Assembly: GCA_016219545.1 (NCBI GenBank)
Contig: JACRMH010000041.1
Location: 69,297 to 133,296 of the forward strand
Direction: 5' to 3'
DNA: 64,000 nucleotides
Source: Chloroflexota bacterium
GTDB lineage: Bacteria > Chloroflexota > Anaerolineae > Anaerolineales > Villigracilaceae
In this document: positions 37,149 to 45,998 of the stretch, piece by piece
Position numbering within the stretch: the first letter of the stretch is position 1
Layout of the letters: each line of letters opens with the position of its first letter
Program-made: the position numbers and the translations under genes
The notes under the pieces: model-generated
What the model was told of the DNA's origin: nothing
The model's input: only the letters and a program-made list of their open reading frames with translations
Databases searched by the model: none

Positions 37149-38501
37149 TTATAAAGCATTCTTCAACCCAACCAGCAAAGCACCTTCCTGTTCCGGCAAA
37201 ACGGTACGCGGGTCGAGCAGGATTTTGTCAGCTTCGGTACGTGCGATGATGGGCGGATGCTGCTGGCGTAATTTCTTCAAGAACTTATCCGGCGATTTGA
37301 CTTCCAGCGATAATAAATATGTTTTAGAAGACTCGCCTGGGAGACTTCCTCCTCCCACAGTGGATTCACCCTCCACAACATTGCCCTGACCTAATTGATC
37401 CTTCCACGCTTCGGCGCGACCTTTGACCTGCTTCGGCGTGAGTGACATCATCTTCCAGATCGGGATTTCCCGCTCCGCGTCGTCTTTGAGGTAATGTAAC
37501 AACGTAGCGGTGATTCCGGCGAGACAAACTTTGTCGGCACGCACGGCACGCGCCAACGGATGTCTCTTGATCTTATCGAGCAATGTCTTTTTGCCGACAA
37601 TGATCCCCGCCTGCGGACCGCCCAGCAATTTATCCCCTGAAAAGCAGACAATATCTGCGCCAGCGGCAAGTGACTCTTGAACTGTTGGTTCATGTGCAAT
37701 TCCATATTTGGCTGTGTCGAGCAGTGCGCCGGAGCCGAGGTCATCTACAAGAATGAGATCGGCTTTATGCGCCACGTCAACAAGTTCGTTTAATTCGGGT
37801 TCTTCAGTGAATCCGATCACCTTAAAGTTGGACGGGTGTACGTGCATGATGAGCGCTGTGGGATCTTCGGCAGCGGATTGATAATCGGATAAACGGACTT
37901 TGTTGGTGGTGCCCACTTCCACCAGCTTTGCGCCGGATTGTTTCATCACATCCGGCACGCGAAAGCCGCCGCCGATCTCCACAAGTTGCGAGCGAGAGAT
38001 GATGACTCTTTTTTTATTTGCCAATGCAGATAAGACCAGCAAAACAGCGGAGGCATTATTATTCACCACCAGCGCAGACTCGGCGCCGGTCAACTTTTGT
38101 AAAACGGATTCAGCATGAAGTAAGCGCGAACCGCGCACGCCTTTTTCAAGATCATATTCAAGGTTGGAATATCCGCGTGAGACAATATCCATGGCATGGA
38201 TGGTGGCTTCGCTTAATGGGGCGCGTCCCAGATTGGTGTGCAGGATGACTCCCGTGGCGTTGATGACCGGGACAAGAGTCGGCTTTGTCCACGCGGAGAG
38301 GGTGGAGTCTGCCTGGGCGAGGATCATGTCAATTGAAGGCAGGGCAGGTTGAGGGTCAAGTTTGAAGCGCGCGCGGGTTTCGTCCAATGTGAAACGGATG
38401 GCGGTCAAGGTCAACGGCCGTCCATATCGCGCGATCAGTTCTGCGGCAGTTTGTGTGCGTAATAATTGTCCAACAGAGGGAAGCTCACGAAGGGTTGTCA
38501 T
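37149..38501 (-). CDS. selA: L-seryl-tRNA(Sec) selenium transferase
   Basis: VINATGVILHTNLGRAPL, VNNNA, EIGGGFR, EVGTTN, FSGDKLLGGPQAG. Confidence 0.96.
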   Translation of the reverse strand: MTTLRELPSVGQLLRTQTAAELIARYGRPLTLTAIRFTLDETRARFKLDPQPALPSIDMILAQADSTLSAWTKPTLVPVINATGVILHTNLGRAPLSEATIHAMDIVSRGYSNLEYDLEKGVRGSRLLHAESVLQKLTGAESALVVNNNASAVLLVLSALANKKRVIISRSQLVEIGGGFRVPDVMKQSGAKLVEVGTTNKVRLSDYQSAAEDPTALIMHVHPSNFKVIGFTEEPELNELVDVAHKADLILVDDLGSGALLDTAKYGIAHEPTVQESLAAGADIVCFSGDKLLGGPQAGIIVGKKTLLDKIKRHPLARAVRADKVCLAGITATLLHYLKDDAEREIPIWKMMSLTPKQVKGRAEAWKDQLGQGNVVEGESTVGGGSLPGESSKTYLLSLEVKSPDKFLKKLRQQHPPIIARTEADKILLDPRTVLPEQEGALLVGLKNAL

Positions 38502-38889
38502 CGGGGATGGTTGGCTTTTTCCAGTTGGCTTTTTCGCGCAATCGAATGAAGTATTCAACGGCGATCAAACCGCCCGCGAGACCGAGGATCACGTAAAGCG
38601 TGACGAGGCGTCCGAGTTGAAGCCATGCTAGTGTTGCAAAAAATACGCCCACCCAAATGGATTGCCGCACAATGGCATTGGACTCGGCCGGCGGGTCGCT
38701 GGGAAAACGCTGGTTGAAAAAATATACAAATGGCATTGACGTGCCGGTGAGCGCAATGATGCCGAGGACAAAAAATCCCCAGCGCGCCCAAACAAAGGGC
38801 AGGGAAAAATATAAGAGCGCCGCAAGTCCGCCCCAGCCGATGATGATGAGGGCGATGATAGAGGCAAGATATGATTTGAAGGTTTGCAT
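38485..38889 (-). CDS. Small 4-TM membrane protein
   Basis: Hydrophobic ORF overlapping the hepT stop and the selA start. Confidence 0.7.
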   Translation of the reverse strand: MQTFKSYLASIIALIIIGWGGLAALLYFSLPFVWARWGFFVLGIIALTGTSMPFVYFFNQRFPSDPPAESNAIVRQSIWVGVFFATLAWLQLGRLVTLYVILGLAGGLIAVEYFIRLREKANWKKPTIPDDNPS

Positions 38890-39227
38890 TATTCCTCACC
38901 CAAAATTATTTTCATTTGGTCAAGCAATGCCGGAATGATATTTTCAACGATGTCCCAAACGATCTCATCACTGACACCAAAATAATTATGAGCAACGATG
39001 TCTCGAAAGCCTGCGATCTTGCGCCATGTAATATGCGGATATGCTTTTCGTATTTCTTCAGGGATGTGTTTAACGGCCTCGCCGATGATTTCCAAATTTC
39101 TCAGCACCGCATCAAAGTGAAGGTCATCGTGTACAAAGTCTTTGTAAGCCATCCCCTTGGTAAACTTCAAGACTTTCTCGCAACACTCGACAATATCCGC
39201 AAGATACAACGACTCATCACGCGACAT
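38889..39227 (-). CDS. HepT-like (DUF86) HEPN RNase toxin
   Basis: RNLEIIGEA and RDIVAHNY (Rx4HxY). Confidence 0.92.
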   Translation of the reverse strand: MSRDESLYLADIVECCEKVLKFTKGMAYKDFVHDDLHFDAVLRNLEIIGEAVKHIPEEIRKAYPHITWRKIAGFRDIVAHNYFGVSDEIVWDIVENIIPALLDQMKIILGEE

Positions 39228-39507
39228 GGATCAGGTCTCTCGTTACATTTTCTTTAATACGCGGTTTGATCGCCTGCGGCGTTACCAAGTCCACCTTACA
39301 GCCAAGAACTTCTTCAAGATAAAATTTCGTATCCATGAAACGGTTGAAGGTGGCGCGGCCTTTGAACTCGACCAGAATATCCACGTCACTGTCGGGTCGT
39401 TCCTCGCCGCGCGCAACCGACCCGAAAATTGACAGTGACTTTACGCCCAATTTGGTCAACTGGTCACGGTGTTTGCGGATTCGGGATATGACGGTTCTGC
39501 GTGTCAT
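39217..39507 (-). CDS. MntA-like minimal nucleotidyltransferase antitoxin
   Basis: FGSVARGE...SDVD (GSx10DxD); TATAAT 6 nt before the ATG. Confidence 0.92.
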   Translation of the reverse strand: MTRRTVISRIRKHRDQLTKLGVKSLSIFGSVARGEERPDSDVDILVEFKGRATFNRFMDTKFYLEEVLGCKVDLVTPQAIKPRIKENVTRDLIHVA

Positions 39508-39559
39508 GTGGTTATTATACAACATGGACAGAATGCCTTTGTTAACGGCTGATAAAAAA

Positions 39560-39614
39560 CCACTGAGACATTGAGGTACAGAGTTTTTTCTCTGTGTCTC
39601 CGCGACTCAGTGGT
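39560..39614. repeat. CCAC.GAG...CTC.GTGG palindrome family
   Basis: Related to 29105-29157, 41978-42076 and 47504-47561. Confidence 0.6.
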
Positions 39615-39648
39615 TTGATGCTTAATTAGACCTGACAGGTTTTGGAAG

Positions 39649-41799
39649 TTAAATTTTCTTCTTCGCCTGTTCAACGACTGCAAGTACTTCGGGCGTATCA
39701 ATGCCAAGTTCATGCAATTTCTCTGGCGTGGGAATGCTATTCGCATCCCAGCCGCGGCGTTGATAGACAGCATCCATTAATTGCTCATACTGGTTTTCAC
39801 GATATTTGCGTAAATGTTTCATCTTTTCTTCAGTGGTTATGCCTTCGGGCTCAACTTCAATCAGACGTTTGAGCTGTTCATCATAGCGGTCCTGTCGCGA
39901 TTCATATTCCGCCACGGTGACTGGTCCCATGGCACGATAGGGCGGGAAGTCATGCTGGCGGCCGACACGTCCCATTCGTAATGCAAAGACTTTTTGGAAG
40001 TTGTAAACGCGCTCCGATTGATTTAGCAAATCTTCGATCCGGGTCGGCTTGCCGGTGACGCCTTGATGGATCCACGTGTAATTTTCAACATGCTCTTCCA
40101 CTTTGGCAGGCTCTTTGGTCTGTTTATTATTTTCGGGAGAAATATCATTCCACGGAAGTTTGCAAAGTCCATGCAGGCTGAACCAAGTGCGCCACATGGG
40201 GAAGTAATGCAACGCTTCGGCCTTGTCCTTGAACGACGGCAAAAGATTCTGCACCTGATCCATGAAGATCAACCAGGCTTCATCATGCTGTGGACCTTTG
40301 GTCGCCATGCCATAGCCACCCTGCTGTGCGAGCGACTCCTTGGTGAGGTATTCCGAAATTTCCATTCCCTTAATTTCCATGCCAATATCATGCAGGAATA
40401 TCGGGTCGGCCCCGTATTCACTTACAAACAATTCCTTCATGTAGCGAATGCCCTGACCAACGATCACGCCAAAACCGTCACCGCGCGCCATTTGATGCAG
40501 GAGTTCCAGAGCGGCGGAACCGTTGCCAAAGTTCAATTCAAGTCCGCCGGTTTGCGCTTTGGTGATGTAACCTTCTTCATAACATTCCATCGCAAAGGCG
40601 ACGCAGTTGGCGAACGAGATGCTGTCCACGCCGTACGTGTCGCAATAGAAGTTAAGTTCCAAAACTTTTTGCGGATCGAAATTGCCGATATTCGAACCCA
40701 GCCCGGCAGCGCCTTCATACTCGGGACCATCCACCAGAACGCAATCCCCGGCATAAGGTCCGGTTTTGAGCGGGAAGTGATCCACGCCATGCGAACAGCT
40801 CATGGTGCATCCCAGCCAGCAGCCATCGGGCAGTCCCTGAGTGAAGGATTCCTTCCAGACTTTCGAATCAATCAAATGCGTGTCAGGATGCGAACCGTAG
40901 CGGTAATTATGCGTCGGCAAAAGGTCAAAATGATCCATCACTTCCACGATGTTGGCCGTGCCGATCTTGCGCATTTGATTCTGCTTATCATCTAAATCCG
41001 CAATTTCCTTGTTAATGCGCTGACCCGCCTTGCGGATAAGCGCCATATCCGCCACGCCATTTTTATCGCCGCCCATGTCGGTGTAACGCACCACGATGGC
41101 CTTGATCTTCTTATCGCGGAAGACGCGCCCCGCGCCGCCGCGCCCCGCCTGCTTGAAACGCGCCTCCCTGCGGCGCACATCGTACCAGGTGGAATTGATC
41201 AACGCATAGCGGATATGCTCCGCGGCCTGACCGGCCGACAGCACCGAGATCCCGCGCCGACCTTTGTCGTCGCCTCCGTACCGCGCTGTGAGCTGGTTGC
41301 CAATCTCATGCGAATCCAGCACATCAAGCGGATCGGACTCAATCGTCACTTTGCCAGTATCCCCGTCAATAAAAATGACCACATCCTCAGCCGCCTTGCC
41401 CTGAATCTCGATTGCATCGAAGCCGGAGAATTTTAAGAACGGCGCAAAATATCCGCCCACATTGCTGTCAATAACATTATCCGTCAGCGGACTGAGAGTC
41501 ACCACCGTGGATTTGCCGCTGCCCGGATAAGCCGTGATGCCGCAAATAGGTCCATTGGCAATGACGAGTTCATTCTGCGGGTCATTCCATTTTGTTTCGG
41601 GAGTGACCGCATCCCAGAGGAGTTTGAGAGCAAATCCGCGCCCGCCGGTGAAGATGTCCTTCATCTGCTGTGTGACGGGTTTCTCGCGGAAGATATTATC
41701 GGTTAAGTTAATGTAAAGCGTGCGATTGGCATATCCGCGCTCTACGGAATGTTTTTCGTAGGTATATTCGCCCAAAAGGGTGGATGTAGCTATGGTCAT
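39649..41799 (-). CDS. Aldehyde:ferredoxin oxidoreductase family (tungstopterin) enzyme
   Basis: SPLT...DSNVGG, AGRGG.G, GCWLGCTMSC, GPEYE, CDTYGVDSIS, Y..RGWD..IPT. Confidence 0.9.
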   Translation of the reverse strand: MTIATSTLLGEYTYEKHSVERGYANRTLYINLTDNIFREKPVTQQMKDIFTGGRGFALKLLWDAVTPETKWNDPQNELVIANGPICGITAYPGSGKSTVVTLSPLTDNVIDSNVGGYFAPFLKFSGFDAIEIQGKAAEDVVIFIDGDTGKVTIESDPLDVLDSHEIGNQLTARYGGDDKGRRGISVLSAGQAAEHIRYALINSTWYDVRRREARFKQAGRGGAGRVFRDKKIKAIVVRYTDMGGDKNGVADMALIRKAGQRINKEIADLDDKQNQMRKIGTANIVEVMDHFDLLPTHNYRYGSHPDTHLIDSKVWKESFTQGLPDGCWLGCTMSCSHGVDHFPLKTGPYAGDCVLVDGPEYEGAAGLGSNIGNFDPQKVLELNFYCDTYGVDSISFANCVAFAMECYEEGYITKAQTGGLELNFGNGSAALELLHQMARGDGFGVIVGQGIRYMKELFVSEYGADPIFLHDIGMEIKGMEISEYLTKESLAQQGGYGMATKGPQHDEAWLIFMDQVQNLLPSFKDKAEALHYFPMWRTWFSLHGLCKLPWNDISPENNKQTKEPAKVEEHVENYTWIHQGVTGKPTRIEDLLNQSERVYNFQKVFALRMGRVGRQHDFPPYRAMGPVTVAEYESRQDRYDEQLKRLIEVEPEGITTEEKMKHLRKYRENQYEQLMDAVYQRRGWDANSIPTPEKLHELGIDTPEVLAVVEQAKKKI

Positions 41800-41977
41800 G
41801 TAACTCTCCTGTGATTTGTGCCGCGACATTTATGTCGCGCTACGGGTGTCTTCTTTACCACTTTCATTATCAAGGAAAGGACGTGGAATGCCAATTGATA
41901 ATCTTCCCCTTCTGGGAGTGTCAAGAGACAGGAGGATATATAATTGAAACTCTCCCCTTTCTGGCAGGAAGACCTTT

Positions 41978-42076
41978 ACCACAAAGGAACCAAGGGTCAC
42001 AACACTTGCGCCGTACGCCAGTGCGGTGAGGGAAAAAGCTAAAAATCCTTTGTGTACCTTAGTGACCCTTCGTGGT
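41978..42076. repeat. Palindromic repeat with a 26 nt nested insert (42003-42028)
   Basis: Insert is the reverse complement of the 2239-2264 type with 2 changes. Confidence 0.7.
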
Positions 42077-42102
42077 TATGAAAGAGATGAAAAGAGGCAA
42101 AA

Positions 42103-42615
42103 ATGAACGTATCTGATGCGATTCGATTAAAGCGCGCGGTGAGAAAGTTCCAAGACAAGCCGCTGCCTGATGATGTTGTCAAAGCCATCTTGAATGCGGG
42201 GCGCAGGTCGCAGTCCTCGAAAAATACTCAGGCGTGGCAATTCATTGCGATACGGGATAAAACCATTTTGAAGGCGCTGTCACAGTGCGGCGAGTGGGCG
42301 GGGCATATCGCCGGCGCGGCTTTGTGCGTCGCCATCCTCACACCTGACCCAACCCAAAAATTCCAGATCCTTTTTGATGCGGGTCAGTCCGCGGCATTTA
42401 TGCAATTAGCCGCATGGGAATTGGGAGTCGGTTCTTGTCCCGCGTCTATTTATGAGGCAGAAAAAGCGCGCGGAATTTTAGGCTTCCCCGCTGAATGGCA
42501 TTTGCGGGTGGCGCTGTCCTTTGGGTATGCGTTGGAAGAAGAGAAATTATCCGCACCGCCAACGAAAGGTGGGCGAATGTCGTTGGATGAAGTGGTACAT
42601 TTGGATAGATGGTGA
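42103..42615 (+). CDS. Nitroreductase family protein
   Basis: RAVRKF, SSKNTQAWQF, LAAWELGVGSC. Confidence 0.9.
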   Translation: MNVSDAIRLKRAVRKFQDKPLPDDVVKAILNAGRRSQSSKNTQAWQFIAIRDKTILKALSQCGEWAGHIAGAALCVAILTPDPTQKFQILFDAGQSAAFMQLAAWELGVGSCPASIYEAEKARGILGFPAEWHLRVALSFGYALEEEKLSAPPTKGGRMSLDEVVHLDRW

Positions 42616-42710
42616 TTTGGTGGAGGGCGTGGAGTAAAAGCAGTTGCGCAGTGCCGGCAAAGGTTGTATATTGTTTACAGAAACAATCAAATGACCAAAG
42701 GAGATCAACC

Positions 42711-42926
42711 ATGGCAGACAGCGTCTACAAAGTTATCGAATTAGTCGGAACCAGCAGTGAATCATGGGAGAAAGCCGCGACGGTTGCGGTAGAGCGTGCC
42801 GCCAAATCTCTGCGCGAGTTGCGGGTCGCTGAAGTCGTCGAACTGGACATGGTCATCGACGATGGAAAAATTACGGCATACCGCGCCAAGGTCAAGGTTT
42901 CATTCAAATACGAAGGCAGCGAATAA
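42711..42926 (+). CDS. Dodecin
   Basis: VYKVIELVGTS..SWE.A...YRAKVKVSFK; AGGAG ribosome-binding site. Confidence 0.92.
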   Translation: MADSVYKVIELVGTSSESWEKAATVAVERAAKSLRELRVAEVVELDMVIDDGKITAYRAKVKVSFKYEGSE

Positions 42927-43042
42927 TCTTCTAGGCCGCGCCGGAGATTGCCCCACATGCGGGCGCGAAGCGGTCAAGTCCGTATTGAGGTTGTTTGATG
43001 AATTGGTCATGTGCGATGAGGAGGGTGTGTTGAAAGGGGGTG

Positions 43043-43147
43043 AGCGGGGCTGAAGCCACCTACTCAGTGCGTGAAAGCCCTTCGGGCTAATTGCGCGAGT
43101 CCGCTTCAGCGGACTTCCATGAACTGAGGCAGGGATTTATCCCGCCG
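43043..43147. repeat. Inverted pair of REP-like hairpin units upstream of the HUH transposase
   Basis: AGCCCTTCGGGCT and AGTCCGCTTCAGCGGACT hairpins with GGCTGAAGCC and GGGATTTATCCC sub-hairpins. Confidence 0.65.
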
Positions 43148-43218
43148 AATCATATTTCGTCGTAACATTCCATCGCATCACCGCAAATCAAAACCTATTG
43201 TATGAAAGGAACTCTGTC

Positions 43219-43635
43219 ATGACCTACTGGCGACTTCACTATCATCTCATCTGGGCAACCTTTGAACGCGAGCCAAGCATCACAGTTGAGTGCGAAAAGA
43301 TATTTTATGGCGTGCTATACAACAAAGCAAAAGAATTGGGAATGAAAATCCATGCAGCGGGTAATACTGAAGATCACGCCCACGTTATCGCTTCCATTCC
43401 ACCAAAACTTGCCGTGGCAGATTGTGTCCGTCAGCTTAAAGGAGCGAGTTCGTATGCGATCAATCACATGGATGGAAGCGACGGGAAATTCAAATGGCAG
43501 GAAGGTTATGGCGCGTTAAGTATTGGCGAGCGGTCATTGGAAACAGTCAAGGAATATGCCGCGAAACAAAAAGAACACCATCGAGAAAATAAGATTAATG
43601 AAGTGTATGAAAGGATGGGGGAAGACGACTCGTGA
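43219..43635 (+). mobile_element. tnpA: IS200/IS605-family Y1 (HUH) transposase, no tnpB; RAYT-like context
   Basis: YHLIWAT, EDHAH (HUH), LKGASS, WQEGYG, Y..KQKEHH. Confidence 0.9.
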
Positions 43636-43722
43636 CAATTGAGTTTGGTAAGAATCTGCCAGCTAAAACAATCTAAACATTTGTTCTATTTTTATTTAGT
43701 CAACCAGAAATAGGAGAATGTC

Positions 43723-44742
43723 ATGGCACTCGATCTTTATCCGCGCATTCAGAAAGGATTGGCGGCAACACGCCAGAACCTGAAGGACTTCCTTGAATCA
43801 GCGCCGCCCGAAGAGAAGCAGGTCTGTCTGTGCGATGAGCAGCAGAATGTGGCGGAGCACCTGCATGTCATTGAAACGAGTCTTGGGAAAATAGACAACA
43901 AGACCCTTGGGTTTTGCGAGATCTGTCAGGGATATGTTGACTCTTCACTGCTTGAAATGGATTACACCGCCTCCGTCTGCCTCGACCATTACTCCGAGGC
44001 TGAAATGCGGCGACTGGAGGCTGAACTGGAAATGTCCCAGATCGTCCAGCGCGCACTCCTGCCGCAACGGATGCCCAGCCTCGCGGGGGTGGAACTTGCC
44101 GCGTTCAGTCGCCCCTCCGACATCATCGGCGGAGATTCCTTTGACTTCTTCCAATTCCGCGATGGGACTCAGGGTTTGGTCATTGCCGATGTAAGCGGGC
44201 ACGGCGTTTCGGCCGGGATGCTGATGTCGAGCCTGCAAACCGCCCTGCGCACGATGGCTCCCGATACCGACTCGCCCGCCGAGATCATGCAGCGCATCAA
44301 CCGCTTCTACATCCACAACATTAACTTCACTACATTCGTCACTGTCTTTCTGGCGCGCTTCGACCCTGCCACGGGCGTCCTGAACTATGTCAATGCGGGT
44401 CACAACCCGCCGATCATTTATTGCAAACGCAGCGGCGAGACAAGCCGGCTGATGCCCACCGTCCCCGCCATTGGGCTGATCGAGGAATTTCATCCGCACA
44501 TCGCCTCGGCAACTCTCTCGGAAGGTGATGTGCTGTTGTTGTACACAGACGGCATTACTGAGTCTTTCAATTTGCAGCGGGAACAATTCGGTCAGAACCG
44601 ACTGGGTGAACTGGTTCGCCAAAATGCGCATCTCTCCCCCTCGAACATGATCCAGACCGTGCGGCAAAGCCTGAGTGATTTCGGTGAAAATCAACGGATC
44701 GCAGACGATATCACAATGATCGCGCTCAAGATGACCGGATAA
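43723..44742 (+). CDS. SpoIIE/RsbU-type PP2C phosphatase with N-terminal DksA/TraR-like zinc finger
   Basis: GGDSFD, IADVSGHG, NAGHNPP, YTDGITE, DDIT; N-terminal C-x2-C-x17-C-x2-H. Confidence 0.88.
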   Translation: MALDLYPRIQKGLAATRQNLKDFLESAPPEEKQVCLCDEQQNVAEHLHVIETSLGKIDNKTLGFCEICQGYVDSSLLEMDYTASVCLDHYSEAEMRRLEAELEMSQIVQRALLPQRMPSLAGVELAAFSRPSDIIGGDSFDFFQFRDGTQGLVIADVSGHGVSAGMLMSSLQTALRTMAPDTDSPAEIMQRINRFYIHNINFTTFVTVFLARFDPATGVLNYVNAGHNPPIIYCKRSGETSRLMPTVPAIGLIEEFHPHIASATLSEGDVLLLYTDGITESFNLQREQFGQNRLGELVRQNAHLSPSNMIQTVRQSLSDFGENQRIADDITMIALKMTG

Positions 44743-44778
44743 AATAATAAGGGGCGACCCAATGGGTCGCCCCTACTG

Positions 44779-45408
44779 TTATCCACCCAAGTCTGTAAAT
44801 TTTGCGAACATCTCAGGGGGGAGCATCTTCTTCAGTAATTCCAATTCGTATTGAGTCCTTTTGACCGCGGCCGCGCGCGCATACTCAAAGCGCGGATCTT
44901 GTTTGGGCGAATCCAGATTCATTTTGGCGTGGGAATCATCAGGTGAAAGTTTTAGCGCGATCTTGCGCATGAACGGGATGAAGTAGAACCAGTCCATCGG
45001 GAAATACAATTTGCCGGAGTGCAGGCTTGGGCTGTGGATCAAACTCTTTTGAACAGGATCAACTTCGGGCGCTGAAAGAGGCGTGCCCTTGTGTTGGTCA
45101 AGCCACAAAGAGATGTAATTGGTATGGGAGTAGAAATCCTGTGCGGTATGAGTCAATCTGCCAAATGCCACCCAGGCAAACAGCGCGCCTGTACCCATCA
45201 AAGAAGCAAGAACAAATCCGCGCTGCTCATTGATGTAACGAAGCCCCTTATCAATGGCATTGTTATCGAAATGAAATTCATCGTGACCGATCTGCCCGCT
45301 GAGCGCATCCTGTTTGAGGTTGGCGGCAATGATGATCTCGAGCGCACGCGGACTAAAATGTGCGCCCAAAGCTTCGCGGGTCATTTCTTCGTGAATGGGA
45401 ATTAACAT
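44779..45408 (-). CDS. Hypothetical protein, Het-C/phospholipase C-like zinc-binding fold
   Basis: N-terminal His, HFDN, GRLTHTAQDFYSHTN motif; leaderless start. Confidence 0.6.
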   Translation of the reverse strand: MLIPIHEEMTREALGAHFSPRALEIIIAANLKQDALSGQIGHDEFHFDNNAIDKGLRYINEQRGFVLASLMGTGALFAWVAFGRLTHTAQDFYSHTNYISLWLDQHKGTPLSAPEVDPVQKSLIHSPSLHSGKLYFPMDWFYFIPFMRKIALKLSPDDSHAKMNLDSPKQDPRFEYARAAAVKRTQYELELLKKMLPPEMFAKFTDLGG

Positions 45409-45458
45409 GCGCGGGATTATAAGCGAGGGGTGGATTAAGTGGTTATAATGCGCGCATG
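45406..45458. promoter_or_regulatory. Back-to-back leaderless promoters
   Basis: TATAAT-N7-ATG on the minus strand and TATAAT-N6-ATG on the plus strand. Confidence 0.7.
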
Positions 45459-45998
45459 ACTTTTTACACCGCAACAGGCGATGACGGCACGACAGGCTTG
45501 CTCGGCGAAGGCCGGGTGGCAAAATATCACTCGCGTATCGAAGCCATTGGCGCATTGGATGAAGCCTCGGCTGCGCTCGGGTTGGCGCGCGCGCAATGCA
45601 GTGCAAAAGAAGTGGCGCCAATTTTGCTCGAAGCCCAGCGTGACCTTTACAAGTTAATGGCCGAAGTGGCCGCCACGCCAGAGAACGCACCAAGGTTTCA
45701 TTTTATTAATGAGGCGCGTGTAGACTGGCTGGCGAAGCAAACTGATGCATTAAGCGCAAACGTTGAAATGCCGAGGGAATTCATCCTGCCCGGAGATACT
45801 CTCGGCGGCGCTGCACTTTCGATGGCGAGAGCCATCATCCGCAGGGCGGAACGCTGTGTGGTGAGTCTCTTCGATGAAGAACACATCGTCAACCCGGATT
45901 TACAGCGTTATTTGAATCGTCTATCCTCTTTATGTTTTGTGCTTGAGCTTCTTGAGAATCGGAACGCGGGAAAGAAGACTTCACTGGCAAAACCATAG
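45456..45998 (+). CDS. PduO-type ATP:cob(I)alamin adenosyltransferase
   Basis: YTATGDDGTT, G.LDE, FILPG, RRAER, YLNRLS. Confidence 0.93.
   Translation: MTFYTATGDDGTTGLLGEGRVAKYHSRIEAIGALDEASAALGLARAQCSAKEVAPILLEAQRDLYKLMAEVAATPENAPRFHFINEARVDWLAKQTDALSANVEMPREFILPGDTLGGAALSMARAIIRRAERCVVSLFDEEHIVNPDLQRYLNRLSSLCFVLELLENRNAGKKTSLAKP

Noticed and set aside
40063-40995. Long antisense ORFs (also 43945-44694, 49742-50365, 16526-17095 and others)
   Set aside because: They lie opposite well-supported genes and show no motifs or start signals; typical shadow ORFs
37149-41799. Selenoprotein or tRNA-Sec near selA
   Set aside because: I saw no ORF broken by an in-frame TGA at a catalytic position and no selC, selB or selD nearby; no formal scan was possible
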